From a virus (lineage: Duplodnaviria; Caudoviricetes), in the IMG/VR virus record IMGVR_UViG_3300044262_000024, positions 1 through 55,051 of that record: a stretch of DNA of 55,051 bases; one strand, 5' to 3'. The first letter of the stretch is position 1, and every line of letters begins with the position of its first letter. The position numbers and the translations under genes were made by a program. The notes beneath the pieces were generated by a model. The model made no database searches. It was given only the letters and a program-made list of their open reading frames with translations, and was not told the origin of the DNA. Shown here in pieces: positions 51,960-55,051 of the stretch.

Positions 51960-53966
51960 GTGAAACTGACCGGATTCCGTGGGATCGCGCCACGCACGTC
52001 GCCGCGACTGCTGGGCGATGTGGTTGCGCAGGTCGCCGAGAACACCAACCTGTCGTCGGGCGAAGCCCGCCCGCTGGCGGAGCCCGAGTTATCCTATGTC
52101 TCACTGAAGACGGGCCCGTTCGAGACAATCTATAAAGCGGACCAGATCAACAGCGTCGACGACCTCTGGTTCACCTGGGCGCACGACGTCGATGTCTGCC
52201 GCAGCCCGTTACCTGGCACGGCCAAATGGATATACAGCGGCGACGGCGAGCCGCGCATCACTACCCTGGCGCTGGCAATGACCGGCACCGGAGACAACTA
52301 CCCAGCGGTTGCGCGTAGTCTCGGGGTGCCGAAGCCTCAGACCGCGCCGAGCGTGTCGCCATCCGGCGGCACACTGGTGTCGGTGACACGGTACTACGCC
52401 TACACCTTCTATGACGACTGGAATCAGGAGTCCGCATTCAGTCCGTTGTCCACCATCACCACGGGGAAGCCAGACGGAACGTGGTCGATCAGCGGCATGG
52501 ACGCCGCGCCGACGAGCAGCGGGACCGGTACTGTCGCAGTCGCATCCGGGGTTACAACATTCACCAATACGGCCGCAGCAAAGCACTGGTTGCGTGTCGG
52601 CGAGGAGGTCGTGATAAGCGGCACGACGGTCGCGGTGACCGCGATCGATTCGGCCTCGGTATTCAAGGTTGCGGGCGACTTTACCGGTGCAACATCGTGG
52701 GCGCGCAAGGCTGAATGGGGAACCTGCACCAAGCGGCTGTATCGCACGACCGGCACGGCTGGTCAGTGGCAACTGGTTGCCGAGGGCATTACGACGACCA
52801 CGTTCAGCGACAACATACTCGATAAGGACATCCCGGGCGACGAGGCGCTTACGATCACATGGGAATTGCCCCCGGTCGACCTCAAGGGCGTGTTCACCCT
52901 GCCGAGCGGTGCATTGTGCGGGTTCTCCGGCAACGAAACGTGTTTCTCTGAGCCGTTTCAGCCGCACGCATGGCCGCCCGAGTACCGCAAGCGCACCGAC
53001 TTCCCCGTGGTGGCGGCGGCGATGTTCACTTCCGGGGTTGTGGTCGGTACCACCGGCGCACCACAGATCATCATTGGCCATGAACCTGGCCAGATGCGGG
53101 CGCAACCCGTGACCGGCGCATACCCGTGTCTATCGAAGCGTTCGATGGCCTCGCTTGGCGACAGCGTGGGGTATGCAACCGCTCACGGTTACGCGCGCAT
53201 CGGTGACAACGGGGTGGATTTGCTGACAAAGGATTTGTTTACCCGCGATGATTGGGACGACTACGACCCGTCGACGATGATCGCTGCCGCGGTGCGCGGA
53301 CGCCTCTATCTGATGACGCAGGGCCGCGGGCCGGCATTGCTCATTTTCGACTACCTCGACGGCACCGGGCTGACCACATCCGACGTCGACGCAACCGCGC
53401 TGCATGCCGATGCGCTGACCGGTCGGCTGTATTTCAGCGATTCGGTCAACATGGACGTGCGCGAGTTCGACCCGCCGGGCGGCGTCTACATGCTGCAGAC
53501 GTGGAAAAGCAAAGAATTCGTGATGCCTGAACCGGGCTGCCCGGGCGCTGCGCGGGTGAATTTTGAATCACGATGGACCGAGGCGCAGTACGATGCGCTG
53601 TACGCTGCCTACTTGGCAGAACTGGCGGCCAACGCGGCGCTTGTTTCAAGTGGCCGCACGGTGGAGGGGATCGCGCTGGGCGTCGGTGATATTGGCGGCG
53701 ACCTGGCTGGCGATGCGTTCGGCACCTACGCGGTGGCGGATTCCGCGATCCTGGAGGTGGCGGCTCCCAGCCTCGAATCGGCCGGCGTGACGTTCACCCT
53801 GTTCGTCAACGGCGTCCCGCTCTACTCGCGCGCCGTGACGAACAGCAATGGGTTCCGGCTGCCTTCTGGCTACAAGCATGACACCTTTGCGGTGCAGGTG
53901 CAGGGGCAAAGCCTGGTGAAGTCGATCGACATCGCCGACACCATGATCGGGCTCAAAGGTGCTTAA
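51960..53966 (+). CDS. Tail nozzle/stabilisation protein
   Basis: F.GIAPR.SPRLL..AQ.AEN..FSEPF.PHAWP.EY..CLSKRS..WKSKEF..FRLPSG. Confidence 0.8.
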   Translation: MKLTGFRGIAPRTSPRLLGDVVAQVAENTNLSSGEARPLAEPELSYVSLKTGPFETIYKADQINSVDDLWFTWAHDVDVCRSPLPGTAKWIYSGDGEPRITTLALAMTGTGDNYPAVARSLGVPKPQTAPSVSPSGGTLVSVTRYYAYTFYDDWNQESAFSPLSTITTGKPDGTWSISGMDAAPTSSGTGTVAVASGVTTFTNTAAAKHWLRVGEEVVISGTTVAVTAIDSASVFKVAGDFTGATSWARKAEWGTCTKRLYRTTGTAGQWQLVAEGITTTTFSDNILDKDIPGDEALTITWELPPVDLKGVFTLPSGALCGFSGNETCFSEPFQPHAWPPEYRKRTDFPVVAAAMFTSGVVVGTTGAPQIIIGHEPGQMRAQPVTGAYPCLSKRSMASLGDSVGYATAHGYARIGDNGVDLLTKDLFTRDDWDDYDPSTMIAAAVRGRLYLMTQGRGPALLIFDYLDGTGLTTSDVDATALHADALTGRLYFSDSVNMDVREFDPPGGVYMLQTWKSKEFVMPEPGCPGAARVNFESRWTEAQYDALYAAYLAELAANAALVSSGRTVEGIALGVGDIGGDLAGDAFGTYAVADSAILEVAAPSLESAGVTFTLFVNGVPLYSRAVTNSNGFRLPSGYKHDTFAVQVQGQSLVKSIDIADTMIGLKGA

Positions 53967-54372
53967 TCGGTCGATCCCGGCGGTACCGGCCTCGGCGCAG
54001 GACGCCGGCCGCGTGTCTTTCGATCAGGCCATCAAGTCGACCCTTGAAAGCGTGGTCGATGCGGTGAACGGCACCAGCGAGGCCGCGGCTGCGGCAGCAG
54101 CACAGACCAACACCAGCACCATACTCGACGCGCTGTGGGAGTTGGACGATTGGGATGAAACCCCGTCAGGCGGAACGGCTGACCAGCCGGCCTTGCTCAC
54201 CTACGCCAAGGACGACCGCGAGGTGACAGCAACACTCACCTGGGGGGCTGCCGGCGGGGAAGATGGCAATATCACCGAGGTCGTGTTCGCCGCGAACGAC
54301 ACCGACCGCACCCGCACGCTGACCATTGCATACGATGCTGACGGCTACGTCACCAGCAAGACATGGAGTTGA
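53959..54372 (+). CDS. Hypothetical tail-associated protein
   Basis: Coupled to the nozzle gene. Confidence 0.6.
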   Translation: MLNRSIPAVPASAQDAGRVSFDQAIKSTLESVVDAVNGTSEAAAAAAAQTNTSTILDALWELDDWDETPSGGTADQPALLTYAKDDREVTATLTWGAAGGEDGNITEVVFAANDTDRTRTLTIAYDADGYVTSKTWS

Positions 54373-54375
54373 ATA

Positions 54376-54726
54376 ATGCTTGATTCGTTTGGCGTCTCTG
54401 GGCGGCTGAAGGCGATTCTCGCCATGCTGGCATCCGGCGGCATTCCCGGCACGGTCAAATCGATCCAGACCGGAGTAAACACCACCACCAGTGCGTCAAC
54501 AGGGACGGCCGGGAGCGAGGATGATAGATATGTCGACATCACCATATCGGCAGTGGTCGTAAACAAGTCTGTTGTGTTGGTGCAGCCGATCCGCGACACG
54601 TCAGACGGCCAGCCGCTGTGTGAAACGGCGCGGCTCACCTCGACCACAAACCTGCGCCTGTCACGGCGCGGCGTCACGACTGAGAATTACGTGGCCGCCC
54701 GCTGGACGGTGATCGAGTATTACTGA
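54376..54726 (+). CDS. Small beta-rich virion protein
   Basis: VKSIQ.G..ITISAV...KS..ARLTS.T.L..W.VIEY motif. Confidence 0.65.
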   Translation: MLDSFGVSGRLKAILAMLASGGIPGTVKSIQTGVNTTTSASTGTAGSEDDRYVDITISAVVVNKSVVLVQPIRDTSDGQPLCETARLTSTTNLRLSRRGVTTENYVAARWTVIEYY

Positions 54727-54774
54727 TCGCTGATAGACACTTCGCCCGGCGTGATGGTGTGGTGAAAAATCCAG

Positions 54775-54825
54775 TTGCCGTAGCCTGTTGATGTGGTAAC
54801 CTTCAAGTGCGGGCAAGTTGCGCCC
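54775..54825 (+). promoter_or_regulatory. Putative late promoter with GGGCAAnnTGCGCCC element (copy 3)
   Basis: TTGCCG-16 nt-TAACCT, then GGGCAAGTTGCGCCC at 54811-25. Confidence 0.6.
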
Positions 54826-54834
54826 GCGTAAAAC

Positions 54835-54864
54835 GGCGGTCCCATGCGGGCCGCCTTTTTTTTC
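54835..54864 (+). terminator. Rho-independent terminator
   Basis: GGCGGTCC-catgc-GGGCCGCC followed by T8. Confidence 0.8.
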
Positions 54865-54868
54865 GCCC

Positions 54869-55051
54869 ATGAAAACCCTTGTCACTGACCATAAGGACGC
54901 CTTCGCCGCGTATGTCGCGCGCAAGGTCGACCAGAAAGCGTCGTGGGGCTCGTTCTACGCCATGGGAATAGTCGACACCGACAAACGCGAGATCGTTGCC
55001 GGGGTGGTCATCAACAACTTCAACGGTGCCAACGCCACGGCGCACATTGCC
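54869..55051 (+). CDS. GNAT-like (DUF2824-type) protein, 3'-truncated
   Basis: MKTLVTD..YAMG.....EIVAGVVINNFNG.N...HIA; this gene type typically precedes ejection-protein genes, which links the window end to its start. Confidence 0.65.
   Translation, partial: MKTLVTDHKDAFAAYVARKVDQKASWGSFYAMGIVDTDKREIVAGVVINNFNGANATAHIA

Overview
Near-complete (circularly permuted, both ends cut inside the virion-gene module) ~55 kb GC-rich temperate podovirus-type phage, probably from a betaproteobacterial host (inference). Gene order: ejection/internal virion proteins, including a 3951-aa DarB-like polyvalent protein; lysis; a large serine integrase with an intact attP at its own 3' end that matches a tRNA-Glu 3' end; a leftward early operon (RecT/YqaJ); a lambdoid cI/cro switch with four 17-bp operators; replication (YdaU-like, DnaB); nin/Q-like genes; an accessory region; terminase, portal, scaffold, major capsid and tail genes. 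Best candidate for an undescribed system: at 32530-36210 the phage carries an integron-like array of 10 single-gene cassettes separated by 10 attC-like imperfect palindromes and closed by an attI-like half-site, with no integron integrase in the window. The attC polarity is inverted relative to the genes, and most cassette proteins take their stop codon from the neighbouring site. Also notable: four genes nested inside the giant ORF (an antisense HNH and three +1-frame overprinted genes), a YqaJ gene split by a GIY-YIG endonuclease, and a repeated promoter-hairpin-terminator unit at three late loci. All family assignments come from motif recognition by eye; no searches were run.
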